64,000 nucleotides of DNA from an uncultured Chloroflexia bacterium (lineage in GTDB: Bacteria > Chloroflexota > Dehalococcoidia > UBA2979), in assembly GCA_963728205.1 (NCBI GenBank), contig CAVSIV010000006.1, positions 896,001-960,000 on the forward strand, in the 5' to 3' direction. A model generated the notes under the pieces. It saw only the letters and a list, made by a program, of their open reading frames with translations, was not told the DNA's origin and made no database searches. Made by a program: the position numbers and the translations under genes. Shown piece by piece: positions 9,372 through 18,546 of the stretch. Position 1 is the first letter of the stretch. Every line of letters begins with the position of its first letter.

Positions 9372-10409
9372 TCAGAGCACGATGCGGCGATGGCGCACGC
9401 TTCCGTACCAGAGGGAGAGGACGAGCAGCAGCGAGCTCTCCACCTGGATCGCCAGGCGCAGCGCCGCGCGGGCCCAGCGGCCCGGGGGCCAGGCATCAAT
9501 ACGCAGGATGGGCATGACCGAGCGGAGCCAGGGCAACGCGAGCAGGAGCGCCGGCCGCCGCCGCCACCCGCACAGCGCGGCCGCAATGAAGAGGTAGAAC
9601 TGCGCCGTCTGTCGCTTGAGAAAGAAGCGACGGTAGAAGCACATGGTGCGCAGCTCCGGGGCGACCGCGACCATCCGCGGGACGACCTGCGCCTGCACGG
9701 CGTTGAGCAGGTACTCGCGCGCCGACACCGGCGACGCCTGGTGCCGCACCGCGGCCGCCGGCGCAAACGCCGAGGCGTAACCGGCGCGCTTCACACGCCA
9801 CGCCATCTCGGTGTCGTCCCCGCCGATGGGCTGCCCCCAGGCGTACGTGCGGGAGCGCTCGTCAAAGCCACCCAGCCGGAGGAAGACGTCGCGCCGGTAG
9901 AAGATGTTCGCGGTCGGGTACAGCCCCTCCTCGCGGTCGACGGCGTTGATCTGGTGCACGAAGAACGGCGCGTCCCGACCGACGGGGATCGGCAGGATCG
10001 GCCCGCACACGAGCCCGGTGCCGGCAGTGAACGCCCCGACGCCGGAGCTGAGCCAGCCGGGCTCGGGGAGACAATCGCTGTCCGTGAACGCGACGAACTC
10101 GCCGGCGGCGAGCTCGGCGCCGCGGTTCCGCGACGAGGCGGGCCCGTCGTTCTCCTTGCGCACGTACCGCACGGGCAGCCCGCCTTCGGTTGCCCGCAGG
10201 ACGACGTCGCGCGTCTCGTCGTCCGACTCGTTGTCCACGACGATGATTTCCGCGCGCGCGAGGGAGAACGTCTGCTGCGACAGCGCCACCAGGAGGTCGC
10301 GGAGTTGCGGCGCCCGGTTGCGCGTCGGGACAACGATGCTGACGAGCGGCGCGCCGGAAGCGGTGGGGCGATCCGGGGTCCCGCCCGTCCGGTGCGCGTC
10401 AGTACTCAC
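9372..10409 (-). CDS. Family 2 glycosyltransferase
   Basis: VSIVVPTRNR, VAFTDSDC, GGDDTEMAWR, C-terminal GSVRHRRIVL. Confidence 0.92.
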   Translation of the reverse strand: MSTDAHRTGGTPDRPTASGAPLVSIVVPTRNRAPQLRDLLVALSQQTFSLARAEIIVVDNESDDETRDVVLRATEGGLPVRYVRKENDGPASSRNRGAELAAGEFVAFTDSDCLPEPGWLSSGVGAFTAGTGLVCGPILPIPVGRDAPFFVHQINAVDREEGLYPTANIFYRRDVFLRLGGFDERSRTYAWGQPIGGDDTEMAWRVKRAGYASAFAPAAAVRHQASPVSAREYLLNAVQAQVVPRMVAVAPELRTMCFYRRFFLKRQTAQFYLFIAAALCGWRRRPALLLALPWLRSVMPILRIDAWPPGRWARAALRLAIQVESSLLLVLSLWYGSVRHRRIVL

Positions 10410-11193
10410 CGAGCGAGCCCCGCCGCTTCGCGTGCGCGACCGCCCGGTCGAACGTCAACGTCCCGACCGGCACGAGGATCAGCGCCGTCAGCGCGAGCAC
10501 GAGGACCTGCGGCGCCACGGCGGTCGGCGGCCGCCCGTCGAGGCCGGCCCGCACTCCGTCGAGGACGTAGGTGATCGGGAGCAGCATCGCGAACGGATGC
10601 AGCCAGCTCGGGAGAACGCTGACGGGGAACACCACGCCGCCGAGCAGCGCCATCGCGCCGGCGTAGGCGAGGCGAATCGGGTCGCCCTGCTTCACCACGA
10701 TGACGAACGCACCCGAGAGCGCGCCGATACCCGCGAACGTGCCGATCGCCGGCAGCGCCACGAGCAAGATCGTGAGCGGGTCGGCGCCGCGCCAGAAGCC
10801 CAGCGCAACCACCCCGAAGCCGATGAGGATCACCGCGCGGAGTATCGCGAGCAGGAAGCGAAACAGCCAGAACGACAACAGCAGCGTGGTGGTGGAGATC
10901 GGCGCGAGCAGGACCGGCTCGAGCGTGCCCGCGCGCTGGCTGTCGCTGATGTGAGCGGGGAGGCCGTTCATCGCCTGTGCCATGAGGTCCATCACGGCGA
11001 GCCCGACGAGCAGGAACGCCACGTAGCTCCCGCCCTCCTCTCCGATCAGCTTCGAGCGATCCCCGACCGCGTTGCCGCCGAGGAAGACGATGGCCGCGAG
11101 CACGATCACCGACGCCAGCTGCCAGAACGCGGCAAGCCGGTAGCTGCTCCAGACCAGGAAGTCCCGCCGCAGGTATCCGAACACGACCGTCAC
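10399..11193 (-). CDS. ABC-2 type transporter permease
   Basis: Six hydrophobic segments, GTLEPVLLAPIS, GGVVFPVSVLPSWL..LPITYVLDGVR. Confidence 0.9.
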   Translation of the reverse strand: MTVVFGYLRRDFLVWSSYRLAAFWQLASVIVLAAIVFLGGNAVGDRSKLIGEEGGSYVAFLLVGLAVMDLMAQAMNGLPAHISDSQRAGTLEPVLLAPISTTTLLLSFWLFRFLLAILRAVILIGFGVVALGFWRGADPLTILLVALPAIGTFAGIGALSGAFVIVVKQGDPIRLAYAGAMALLGGVVFPVSVLPSWLHPFAMLLPITYVLDGVRAGLDGRPPTAVAPQVLVLALTALILVPVGTLTFDRAVAHAKRRGSLGEY

Positions 11194-12212
11194 GCCGGCA
11201 CCTCCTCGCGCGGCACGCGCGGCTGGCCCTTCGCGATCCGCGAGAACACCTCCTCCAGGGGGAGGTCGCGTCGCTCGCACGACCACACGCTGCCGCCGCT
11301 CGTCACGACGTGACCGATCACGGCGGGGATGCTGGGGCGGCCGCGCTCGATGCCGAGTCGCACCAGCCGCCTGCCATCGGCCATTGGCAGGCTCTCCACC
11401 GCGGTCACCCCCCGGATTCGACGAAGCTCATCGAGGGTCGCCCGACCCAGCGGCCCCACGGTGAGCTCGTACACATCGTCGGCCTCGATGAAGTCGCGGA
11501 GGTCCGAGACGCTCCCGCTGACCTGGATCGCGCCGTGGTTGATGAACGCCAGGCGATCGCACAGGTACTCGGCTTCGGCCATGATGTTCGTCGCGATGAG
11601 AACGCAGCGATGCTCGCCGACGACGCGCTCCTTGATCAGGCTCCGCAGCTCCTCGGAGCCGACCGGATCGAGGGTTCTCGTCGGCTCGTCCATGATCAGG
11701 ATGTCGGGATCGTGGAGGAGGCCGCGCGCGATCGAAACGCGCTGGCGCATGCCGGACGAGAAGTGGTGCATCCGCACGTCCGCTGCGTGGGAGATGCCCA
11801 CGACCTCGAGCAGCTCCATCGCCCGACGCTTCGCCTCGCGACGCGACATTCCGTAGAGCGACGCGTAGAAGGCGAGGTTCTCGAGGGCCGAGAGGCGCCA
11901 GTAGAACGTGCGCTCGTCCCCGTAGACGACCCCGAGCTTGCGTCGCACCGCGAGACCATGCGACCGCACGTCGAGCCCGTCCACCGTCACCGTCCCCGCG
12001 GTCGGCAGGGTCAGGGTGGCGATCACCTTCACCAGCGTGGTCTTCCCGGCCCCGTTGGGGCCCAGCAGCCCGCAGATCTCGCCGCGGTCGACCGCGAGGC
12101 TGAGGTGATCCAGCGCGACGGCGCCGGGATCGCGCCGCAGCAGCGACCGCCAGCCCTGCTGCTGCGGAAACCGCACGACGAGTTCGCTGGCGACGATGGC
12201 TGCGGATGTCAT
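11190..12212 (-). CDS. ABC transporter ATP-binding protein (DrrA-like)
   Basis: GPNGAGKTT, FSSGMRQR, ILIMDEPT. Confidence 0.95.
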   Translation of the reverse strand: MTSAAIVASELVVRFPQQQGWRSLLRRDPGAVALDHLSLAVDRGEICGLLGPNGAGKTTLVKVIATLTLPTAGTVTVDGLDVRSHGLAVRRKLGVVYGDERTFYWRLSALENLAFYASLYGMSRREAKRRAMELLEVVGISHAADVRMHHFSSGMRQRVSIARGLLHDPDILIMDEPTRTLDPVGSEELRSLIKERVVGEHRCVLIATNIMAEAEYLCDRLAFINHGAIQVSGSVSDLRDFIEADDVYELTVGPLGRATLDELRRIRGVTAVESLPMADGRRLVRLGIERGRPSIPAVIGHVVTSGGSVWSCERRDLPLEEVFSRIAKGQPRVPREEVPA

Positions 12213-12239
12213 GTGGCGTGATGAAAGCCGCCGGCTGGA

Positions 12240-12254
12240 TAACTGGCAGTTAAC
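12240..12254 (+). promoter_or_regulatory. TAAC-N7-TAAC box 3 (divergent intergenic region)
   Basis: TAACtggcagtTAAC, then 10 bp, then CAGACT; overlapping degenerate TAAC-N7-TATC on the minus strand. Confidence 0.7.
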
Positions 12255-12364
12255 CGCGGGGCCACAGACTCCGCAGGCTCCCCTCGAACGGAGTGCAGCT
12301 CGCGACGGATCGGGCTCCCTCCCTGCCGTCTCCGCGGTCCGACCGTTCCGTCAGGAGGTCCGGC

Positions 12365-13996
12365 GTGCCGCCACGACTCGTCCGCCCGCTTGCCGTCGCC
12401 CTCCTCGTCTTCGCCACATTCGGCGCGGTGCGCTCCACCGCGGCCGCACCCATCTCCCTCACCACCGTCGACCAGACGTTCGGGACGGGGGGCTTCACGA
12501 CGGTGGACATCGGCGGACCCGGGGGCCCAAACGGTCAGCAGGAGGACGAGCCGTTCTCCATCGTCGTGCAGCCGGACGGCAACTACGTCGTCGCCGGGAA
12601 GGCGTTGAATCCGCGAACGAAGAACATCGACTTCGCGATTCTCCGCTACACGCCGCGCGGAGTGCTCGACTCCACCTTTGGCTGGAACGGCATCGTGCTC
12701 GTGGACTTCACCGGGGATCACGACGAGGCGATGTCGGTCGCGTTGCAGCCGGACGGGAAGATTCTCGTCGCCGGGCTCGCGGGTCGCTCGAACGGGAACA
12801 GCGACTTCGGACTGGTGCGCCTCAACCGGAACGGCAGCCGCGACACGACGTTCGGCTGGAACGGCGTCGTGATGACCGACTTCTTCGGCCAGCCCGACCA
12901 GGCGCTGGGGGTGGTCCTGCAGAGCGACGGCAAGATCATCGTCGGCGGGTACGCGACCCGAAGCGCCGGCAACATGGACTTCGCGCTCGCGCGCTACTAC
13001 CCGACGGGGGCGGTCGACGCGACGTTCGGAATCGGCGGCCGCTCGACGGCGAACTTCTGGGGCCGCATCGACGCCATCTACAAGCTCGCGCTCAATCCTC
13101 TGGGGCGCATCGTCGCCGCCGGGGTCGCGCAGCGGCCCGACGGCACGATGGACTTCGCGGTCGGCCGCTTCCAGGCCAGCGGTGCACCCGACAGCACGTT
13201 CGGGCTCGGCGGCTTCGTCGCGACGGATTTCTTCGGCGACCAGGACGTCGCCTATTCGCTGCTCGTCGAGCCCGACAGCTCAATCGTCGCCGGGGGGATC
13301 GCATACAACCCCGCCGGAGGCGGCGGGGACCTGGCCCTCGTGAAATACCTGGCGAACGGAGCGATCGACACGTCGTTCGCCCGCTCCGGAACGACGCCCG
13401 GCAAGGTGATCGTGGACTTCTTCGGCGACTACGACCAGGCGCTGTGGCTGGTGCGGCAGCCTGATGGCAAGATCGTCGCCATCGGTCATGCCAAGGACCA
13501 GGCGCGGAGCTTCAACTTCGGCCTCGCGCGGTTCGCGCCGAACGGCGAGCTGGATCCGACGTTCGGCAGCGGCGGCACATACGTCACCGACTTCTACAGC
13601 GGCCCGGATGGCGCGCATGCCGGCGCGTTGCTCGACGACGGCGCCCTGATCGTCGTCGGCGACGCGTTTGTCCCCGCGACGGACAGCGACGACTTCACGA
13701 TCATCAGGTACCTGGTCTCCGACCCGAGCTGGATCGCCGGGGTCGTGCGCTCGCTGCCCGCGACCGCCTTCGACGACGCGGCGCGCGGCGCGAGCATCGC
13801 GGCATCGCTCGACGACGCACAGGCCGCGCTCGCGAGCGGCGACGCTGCGGGCGCGCTCTCGCCGTTGCAGACGCTCGAGTCGCACCTGCAGGGATGCCCG
13901 GCGAGCCCCGACGGCGACGCGTGGATCGTCGATTGCGCCGCCCAGGTGCGCGTGCGTGGCCTGGTCGAGAGCGTCATCGCCAGGCTCGCGCCCTAG
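12365..13996 (+). CDS. Secreted delta-60 repeat (beta-propeller) protein
   Basis: Signal peptide, ~7 repeats of xxQPDGKIxVAG..DFALxRY..GxLDxTFGxxG; small helical C-terminal domain with two Cys; RBS GGAGG before GTG 12365. Confidence 0.88.
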   Translation: MPPRLVRPLAVALLVFATFGAVRSTAAAPISLTTVDQTFGTGGFTTVDIGGPGGPNGQQEDEPFSIVVQPDGNYVVAGKALNPRTKNIDFAILRYTPRGVLDSTFGWNGIVLVDFTGDHDEAMSVALQPDGKILVAGLAGRSNGNSDFGLVRLNRNGSRDTTFGWNGVVMTDFFGQPDQALGVVLQSDGKIIVGGYATRSAGNMDFALARYYPTGAVDATFGIGGRSTANFWGRIDAIYKLALNPLGRIVAAGVAQRPDGTMDFAVGRFQASGAPDSTFGLGGFVATDFFGDQDVAYSLLVEPDSSIVAGGIAYNPAGGGGDLALVKYLANGAIDTSFARSGTTPGKVIVDFFGDYDQALWLVRQPDGKIVAIGHAKDQARSFNFGLARFAPNGELDPTFGSGGTYVTDFYSGPDGAHAGALLDDGALIVVGDAFVPATDSDDFTIIRYLVSDPSWIAGVVRSLPATAFDDAARGASIAASLDDAQAALASGDAAGALSPLQTLESHLQGCPASPDGDAWIVDCAAQVRVRGLVESVIARLAP

Positions 13997-13998
13997 CG

Positions 13999-15210
13999 AT
14001 GGCCGCCCCGCGCGATCCCGCGAAAGGCATCGCTCCGCTGCCGTCACGCGGCCCGACCGCGCCCGGCGAGCTCAGCGCCCCGTGGGTCACCTGGGCCCTC
14101 TCGCAGGGTGGGCTTCGGCTGGACGCGCCGGTCGCGTCAATCGAGGTCGAGACGCTCAAGTCGCAGGCTGCCCTCACCGGCAGCGTCGCGCGCGTGCGGC
14201 TTCGCGCGCCCGGCGCCGGACTCCCGCCATCGCTGATCGCGAAGTTCCCCGCCTCGACCGGTCCCACCCGCGCACTGGCGGAGCGCTTCGACCTGTACCG
14301 CCGTGAGGCGCGGTTTTACCGCGAGCTCGCCGCGACCTGCGGGGTACCGACGCCGCGGCCGTACTACACGCCGCGCGACGACGAGCCGAGCGTGCTGCTA
14401 ATCGAGGATCTCGTCGACACCGTCTCCGTGGACGTGGTCGACGGCGCGTCCTTCGATCAGGTCGCCGCCGTCGTCGAGCTCCTGGCGCCAATGCACGCTC
14501 GCTTCTGGAACGACACCGCGCTCGCCGCGCACTCGTGGCTGCCGGCCCCGAACAACGCCGTGATCCTCGAGCTGGTCGGAGAGCTGGGTACGCACCCCTG
14601 GCGCCAGTTCCGCCGGCAGTTCGCTCGCTCGCTGCCGGCAGACGTCGTGGACATCGGCGATCGACTTGCCGTCGACCGCACCGTGCTCGACCGCCTCTCC
14701 GCCGCCCCCTGGACGCTCGTGCACGGCGACATGCGCATCCACAACATCCTGTTTCGCTCCGATCGCCCCGCGCAGCCGCGAGCGGTGATCGACTGGCAGA
14801 CCGCCACGCGCGGGAGAGGCCCGCTCGACCTCGCCCACCTCTTCGTCAACAGCCTTGACGTCGAGGACCGCCGGCGGGCGGAGGCGGACCTGCTGCCCCG
14901 CTACCACGCGCTCCTGCGCGCGGCGGGCGTCGCCGGGTACGAGCTCGAGGATTGCCGGATCGACTATCGCCTCGCCGTCGCCAACCAGTTCAGCCAGGTG
15001 GTCGCGCTCAACGCCCTGATCGACCCGTTGTCGAAGCTCGACGACGAGGTCGCGACGTCGACGGGCGCTCGTCTCGTCGCGGCGCTCCGCGAGCTGCGGG
15101 TGCTCGACATCCTCCCGCCGACGCGGCGCCAGCGCGTCCGGGCACGCGTGAAGCGCGTGCTCCCCGCGCCGGCGAGGCGGCTCGCGCGCGCCGCGCTGCG
15201 CCGCCGCTGA
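13999..15210 (+). CDS. APH/ecdysteroid-kinase-like phosphotransferase
   Basis: SLIAKF, YRREARFY, LLIEDL, TLVHGDMRIHNILF, VIDWQ. Confidence 0.85.
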   Translation: MAAPRDPAKGIAPLPSRGPTAPGELSAPWVTWALSQGGLRLDAPVASIEVETLKSQAALTGSVARVRLRAPGAGLPPSLIAKFPASTGPTRALAERFDLYRREARFYRELAATCGVPTPRPYYTPRDDEPSVLLIEDLVDTVSVDVVDGASFDQVAAVVELLAPMHARFWNDTALAAHSWLPAPNNAVILELVGELGTHPWRQFRRQFARSLPADVVDIGDRLAVDRTVLDRLSAAPWTLVHGDMRIHNILFRSDRPAQPRAVIDWQTATRGRGPLDLAHLFVNSLDVEDRRRAEADLLPRYHALLRAAGVAGYELEDCRIDYRLAVANQFSQVVALNALIDPLSKLDDEVATSTGARLVAALRELRVLDILPPTRRQRVRARVKRVLPAPARRLARAALRRR

Positions 15211-15299
15211 CGAGGCGTGCCGCTCGCGCCCGCGGCCGGCGCCATCGCGCTCCGCCGGCCTCGACCCCGGTCATACGCGCGAGGCGCTGCCATCTCCAT

Positions 15300-15314
15300 T
15301 AACTGCCGCGTAAC
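15300..15314 (+). promoter_or_regulatory. TAAC-N7-TAAC box 4
   Basis: TAACtgccgcgTAAC, then 11 bp, then TAGATA. Confidence 0.7.
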
Positions 15315-15423
15315 TCGACGCATCTTAGATACGCGGACCGGGGACCTGCGGCGCGATCGCCAGGTTGGGGTCCCGCGCTCCCGCATGAGCGTCGCAAGAC
15401 GCAGATACACGAGGACGGCGGCT

Positions 15424-16446
15424 GTGTCGTTGAGCGTCGAGAAGAAGCTGACCGTCGCGGGGCTCGAGCTCGGGCTCGGCGTCGATGCCGCCCGCGCTGA
15501 GGCGCTGCGCACCAGTGGAGCCTATCGTCGCGTCCTGCAGCCGGCGCTCCTTGCTGCCAGGCGGCTGCGGCGAACGCGCCCCTCCGGCGCGGGCCCGGCG
15601 GTCGCCTCTGAAACGCGGGGGTCCCGGCCCGCGCCGCCCGCGACGGTGCAGCACGACCCGCGCGCCGCCGAGATCTGGGCCCAGATCGCGGACATCGGCT
15701 GGTACCACACCATCGACCTCGGACACGGCGTGGCGACGCCCGGCTTCATCGACAACCGGCCCACCGTCCATCGCTTCGGCATCCCGCAGGCGCTCACCGG
15801 GGCGCGCTGTCTCGACATCGGCACCTACGACGGTTTCTGGGCGTTCGAGTTTGAGCGGCGCGGGGCGACCGAGTCCATCGGCATCGACGTCGACTCCCCG
15901 GCCGACTACGACATCCCCCGTCCCTTCCGGTTGCTGGCCGACGAGCGCGCGGAGCACGCCCCGGAGACGCTCGAGCGCGACTGGAACACGCAGATGGCGC
16001 CCGTGGGCATGCAGTGGCCGGGCCAGGGCTTCCACGTCGCCGCGCGTCTGCTCGGGTCGAAGGCGCGCCGCGAGGTGCTCAACGTCTACGACCTCGCACC
16101 CGAGCGGCTGGGGATGTTCGACCTCGTCTTCATCAGCCAGCTGCTCCTCCGCCTGCGCGACCCCCAGACGGTGCTCGACAACATGATCTCGGTCACGAAG
16201 CCGGGTGGGTGCGCAATTGTGGCCGAGGGATACGACCCCGAATTGGAGCGACTCTCTCAGCCGGTCAGCCGCTTCGTCGGCGTGCAGTCGATGGGCATCT
16301 GGTGGTCGCACAGCATCAAGGCCATGAAGTTGATCATGGAGACGGCCGGCTACGAGCGCGTCGCGGTCGTGTCGACCTTCGAGGCCGAGAACCGCGTGGG
16401 ACGCTTCCCGAAGGTCGTGCTGCGCGGCTACGCGCCGCCGGCCTAG
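15424..16446 (+). CDS. Class I SAM-dependent methyltransferase, paralog 2
   Basis: WYHTIDLGHGVATPG, RCLDIGTYDGFWAFEFERRGA, FDLVFISQLLLRLRDP. Confidence 0.88.
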   Translation: MSLSVEKKLTVAGLELGLGVDAARAEALRTSGAYRRVLQPALLAARRLRRTRPSGAGPAVASETRGSRPAPPATVQHDPRAAEIWAQIADIGWYHTIDLGHGVATPGFIDNRPTVHRFGIPQALTGARCLDIGTYDGFWAFEFERRGATESIGIDVDSPADYDIPRPFRLLADERAEHAPETLERDWNTQMAPVGMQWPGQGFHVAARLLGSKARREVLNVYDLAPERLGMFDLVFISQLLLRLRDPQTVLDNMISVTKPGGCAIVAEGYDPELERLSQPVSRFVGVQSMGIWWSHSIKAMKLIMETAGYERVAVVSTFEAENRVGRFPKVVLRGYAPPA

Positions 16447-16495
16447 CGGATCCGCCCGGGTGTCGCGTCGAGGCTCGACGTCCGAGGGGTGAGCA

Positions 16496-17869
16496 ATGGA
16501 GCTCAACCAGTTCATCCGCCTCGTGGTTCGGCGCTGGTACATCGTCGCCGTGCTGCTCGTGGCGGCGTATGCCGGCACGTGGCTCTACCACGCGGTCACG
16601 CAGCGGGCGAAGGCAACGGGAACCGTGGCGGTTCTTCAGCCCTACGTGGCCGCGCCCGGCGAGTACATCCCTCCGCAGATCACGTTCGACACCATGGACG
16701 AGAGCGCGGAACTCGCGCGGCGCGTCCAGAGCCGGCTGCACGACGGGACGTCGGCGGAGACACTCCAGAACGGGATCGACATCGGCCTGCGGATCTCCAA
16801 CCGACCGACGCTGACGCCGCTGTACGAGGTCAGTTACTCGGACCGCGACACGGCGCGTGCGGAGCGCGTCGCAGGGATCGTGCTCGATGAGGCGATCGCG
16901 CTCTACGGCGAGCTCAACCGGCCCGCCGAGAAAGACGTGCGGGCGGCGTTCGAGGGCGAACGCCAGCGTGCGCAGGCCGCGGCCGACGCAGCCCAGGCGG
17001 CGCTCGCGAAGTTCGAGTCCGAGAACGACGCCTTCAATCTCACCGCGCGGCAGGACCAGACCCGCGGCTACCTGACCCAGCTCCACCTGCTCGCGTTGCA
17101 GCGCGGGTCCGGCGGAACCGGCTCGCTGTTGACCGCGGCGACGGCCGAGCTGGATCGGCTGACGCGCCTCGAGCCCGAGTACACGCGGCTGAAGAGCGAG
17201 GCCGACCTCGCGCAGACCGACCTGTACCGAGTCGACGCGCGCGTGAGCGATCTCACGGCGGCCCTGCCGGCCGGGCCCGCGATCCAGCCGTTCCTCGACG
17301 ACGCGACGAGCAACCTCCGCGCGGCAAAGGCGCGCGACGCGGCGGCGCAGGACGCGCTCGCCGCCTTCCGCCAGAGCAACGCCGTAGCGGATGTGACGGG
17401 GAGCCGGCAGGCGCAGCTTGCGCTCGTCAATCAGCTGCAGCTCGCCGAGACCTCGACCAGCGCGGGGAGCGGCACGATCGACGCGGCGATCGCCGAGCAG
17501 GAAACGGCGCTCGAGCGGCTCAACGCCCTCGCACCGCAGTACTCGCAATTGAGCCTCCAGGTCGGCCGGGCGGAGAGCCAGCTGTCGGCCCTCGAGCAGC
17601 ACATCCAGGAAATCGTCGGAGCCCAGGCGCTGCCATCGCAGAGCCAGACGCTGGTGCTCGAGCGCCCGACCCTGCAGTCGGACGTGTTCTGGATCCTGCT
17701 CACCTACGCCCTCGCCACCGTCGTCGCAGCATTCGCGGGCCTGACCCTCATCTACCTGCTGGGCGTCCTTGCCCGGAGGGCTCTGACCGTCGAGGAGATC
17801 GAAGCCCGACTCGGGCTTCCGGTATTCGCGACCGTGACAGAGGTCGGCTCGCGGAAGGGAGTCCTATGA
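16496..17869 (+). CDS. Polysaccharide co-polymerase / chain-length determinant (Wzz/GumC-like)
   Basis: MELNQFIRLVVRRWYIV N-terminal TM, long coiled coil, C-terminal TM followed by EEIEARLGLPVFATV. Confidence 0.8.
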   Translation: MELNQFIRLVVRRWYIVAVLLVAAYAGTWLYHAVTQRAKATGTVAVLQPYVAAPGEYIPPQITFDTMDESAELARRVQSRLHDGTSAETLQNGIDIGLRISNRPTLTPLYEVSYSDRDTARAERVAGIVLDEAIALYGELNRPAEKDVRAAFEGERQRAQAAADAAQAALAKFESENDAFNLTARQDQTRGYLTQLHLLALQRGSGGTGSLLTAATAELDRLTRLEPEYTRLKSEADLAQTDLYRVDARVSDLTAALPAGPAIQPFLDDATSNLRAAKARDAAAQDALAAFRQSNAVADVTGSRQAQLALVNQLQLAETSTSAGSGTIDAAIAEQETALERLNALAPQYSQLSLQVGRAESQLSALEQHIQEIVGAQALPSQSQTLVLERPTLQSDVFWILLTYALATVVAAFAGLTLIYLLGVLARRALTVEEIEARLGLPVFATVTEVGSRKGVL

Positions 17870-18465
17870 CCGCGGTCACCGTCTCAACCTCGCGAACGCT
17901 GCGCTCGTTGCTCCTCCGCCGGCGGCCGCGGCGACGCACGAGCGCCGTCTCCAGAGTTGCCGTCGGCGACGGCTCATTCGGAGGGGAGCAGTACCGCCTG
18001 CTCGCCCTCCACCTCGCGACGAACATGCGCAACCGGGATCAGAAGACCATCGCGCTGTTCCGCCCCACCGCCCGCGTGCCCGGGACGTCCATCGCGCTGA
18101 ACCTTGCGGCCGCGCTCGCTCAGCACGTCGAGGTCGTCGTGCTGAGCACGTCACCGGTGGATCGGGAGCTGCTCGACGCGGCGGCGTTGCTCGCGGAACG
18201 CAGCCATCGCGTGACCGGGCAGGTGATCTCCGAATCACAGGTTCCGGCGCGGATCGACGACGTCACCGACGCCTCGACCTTCGTCCTCGTCGACAGCCCG
18301 CCCGCGGATCGATCGAGCGGCGCCTACCACATCGCGCAGGCGGCAAAGCACGTGCTTTACCTGCTGCCGGAGAACGTCCACGAGCTGGACACGCACGAGC
18401 GGAACGTGCGTCAGCTCCGGCGGTTGCAGGTGAACGTGCTCGGCGTCCTGCTGTGCGGCGGCTAG
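17866..18465 (+). CDS. CpsD/Wzc-like tyrosine-kinase homolog with degenerate Walker A
   Basis: EQYRLL, IALNLAAALAQ, FVLVDSPP, VNVLGVLL; ATGA-coupled to the Wzz-like gene. Confidence 0.7.
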   Translation: MTAVTVSTSRTLRSLLLRRRPRRRTSAVSRVAVGDGSFGGEQYRLLALHLATNMRNRDQKTIALFRPTARVPGTSIALNLAAALAQHVEVVVLSTSPVDRELLDAAALLAERSHRVTGQVISESQVPARIDDVTDASTFVLVDSPPADRSSGAYHIAQAAKHVLYLLPENVHELDTHERNVRQLRRLQVNVLGVLLCGG

Positions 18466-18546
18466 CGGGCTCATGGCCCGCGCCGCCGCCGCTGCGGCAG
18501 TGATCGCCGCGCTCGCGGCGGCCGCCACCGGGACGCCGGGCCCGCA

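Noticed and set aside
12460-13700. Repeated ~165-bp DNA units (GACTTC..., ACGTTCGG)
   Set aside because: Explained by delta-60 protein repeats, not a DNA array.
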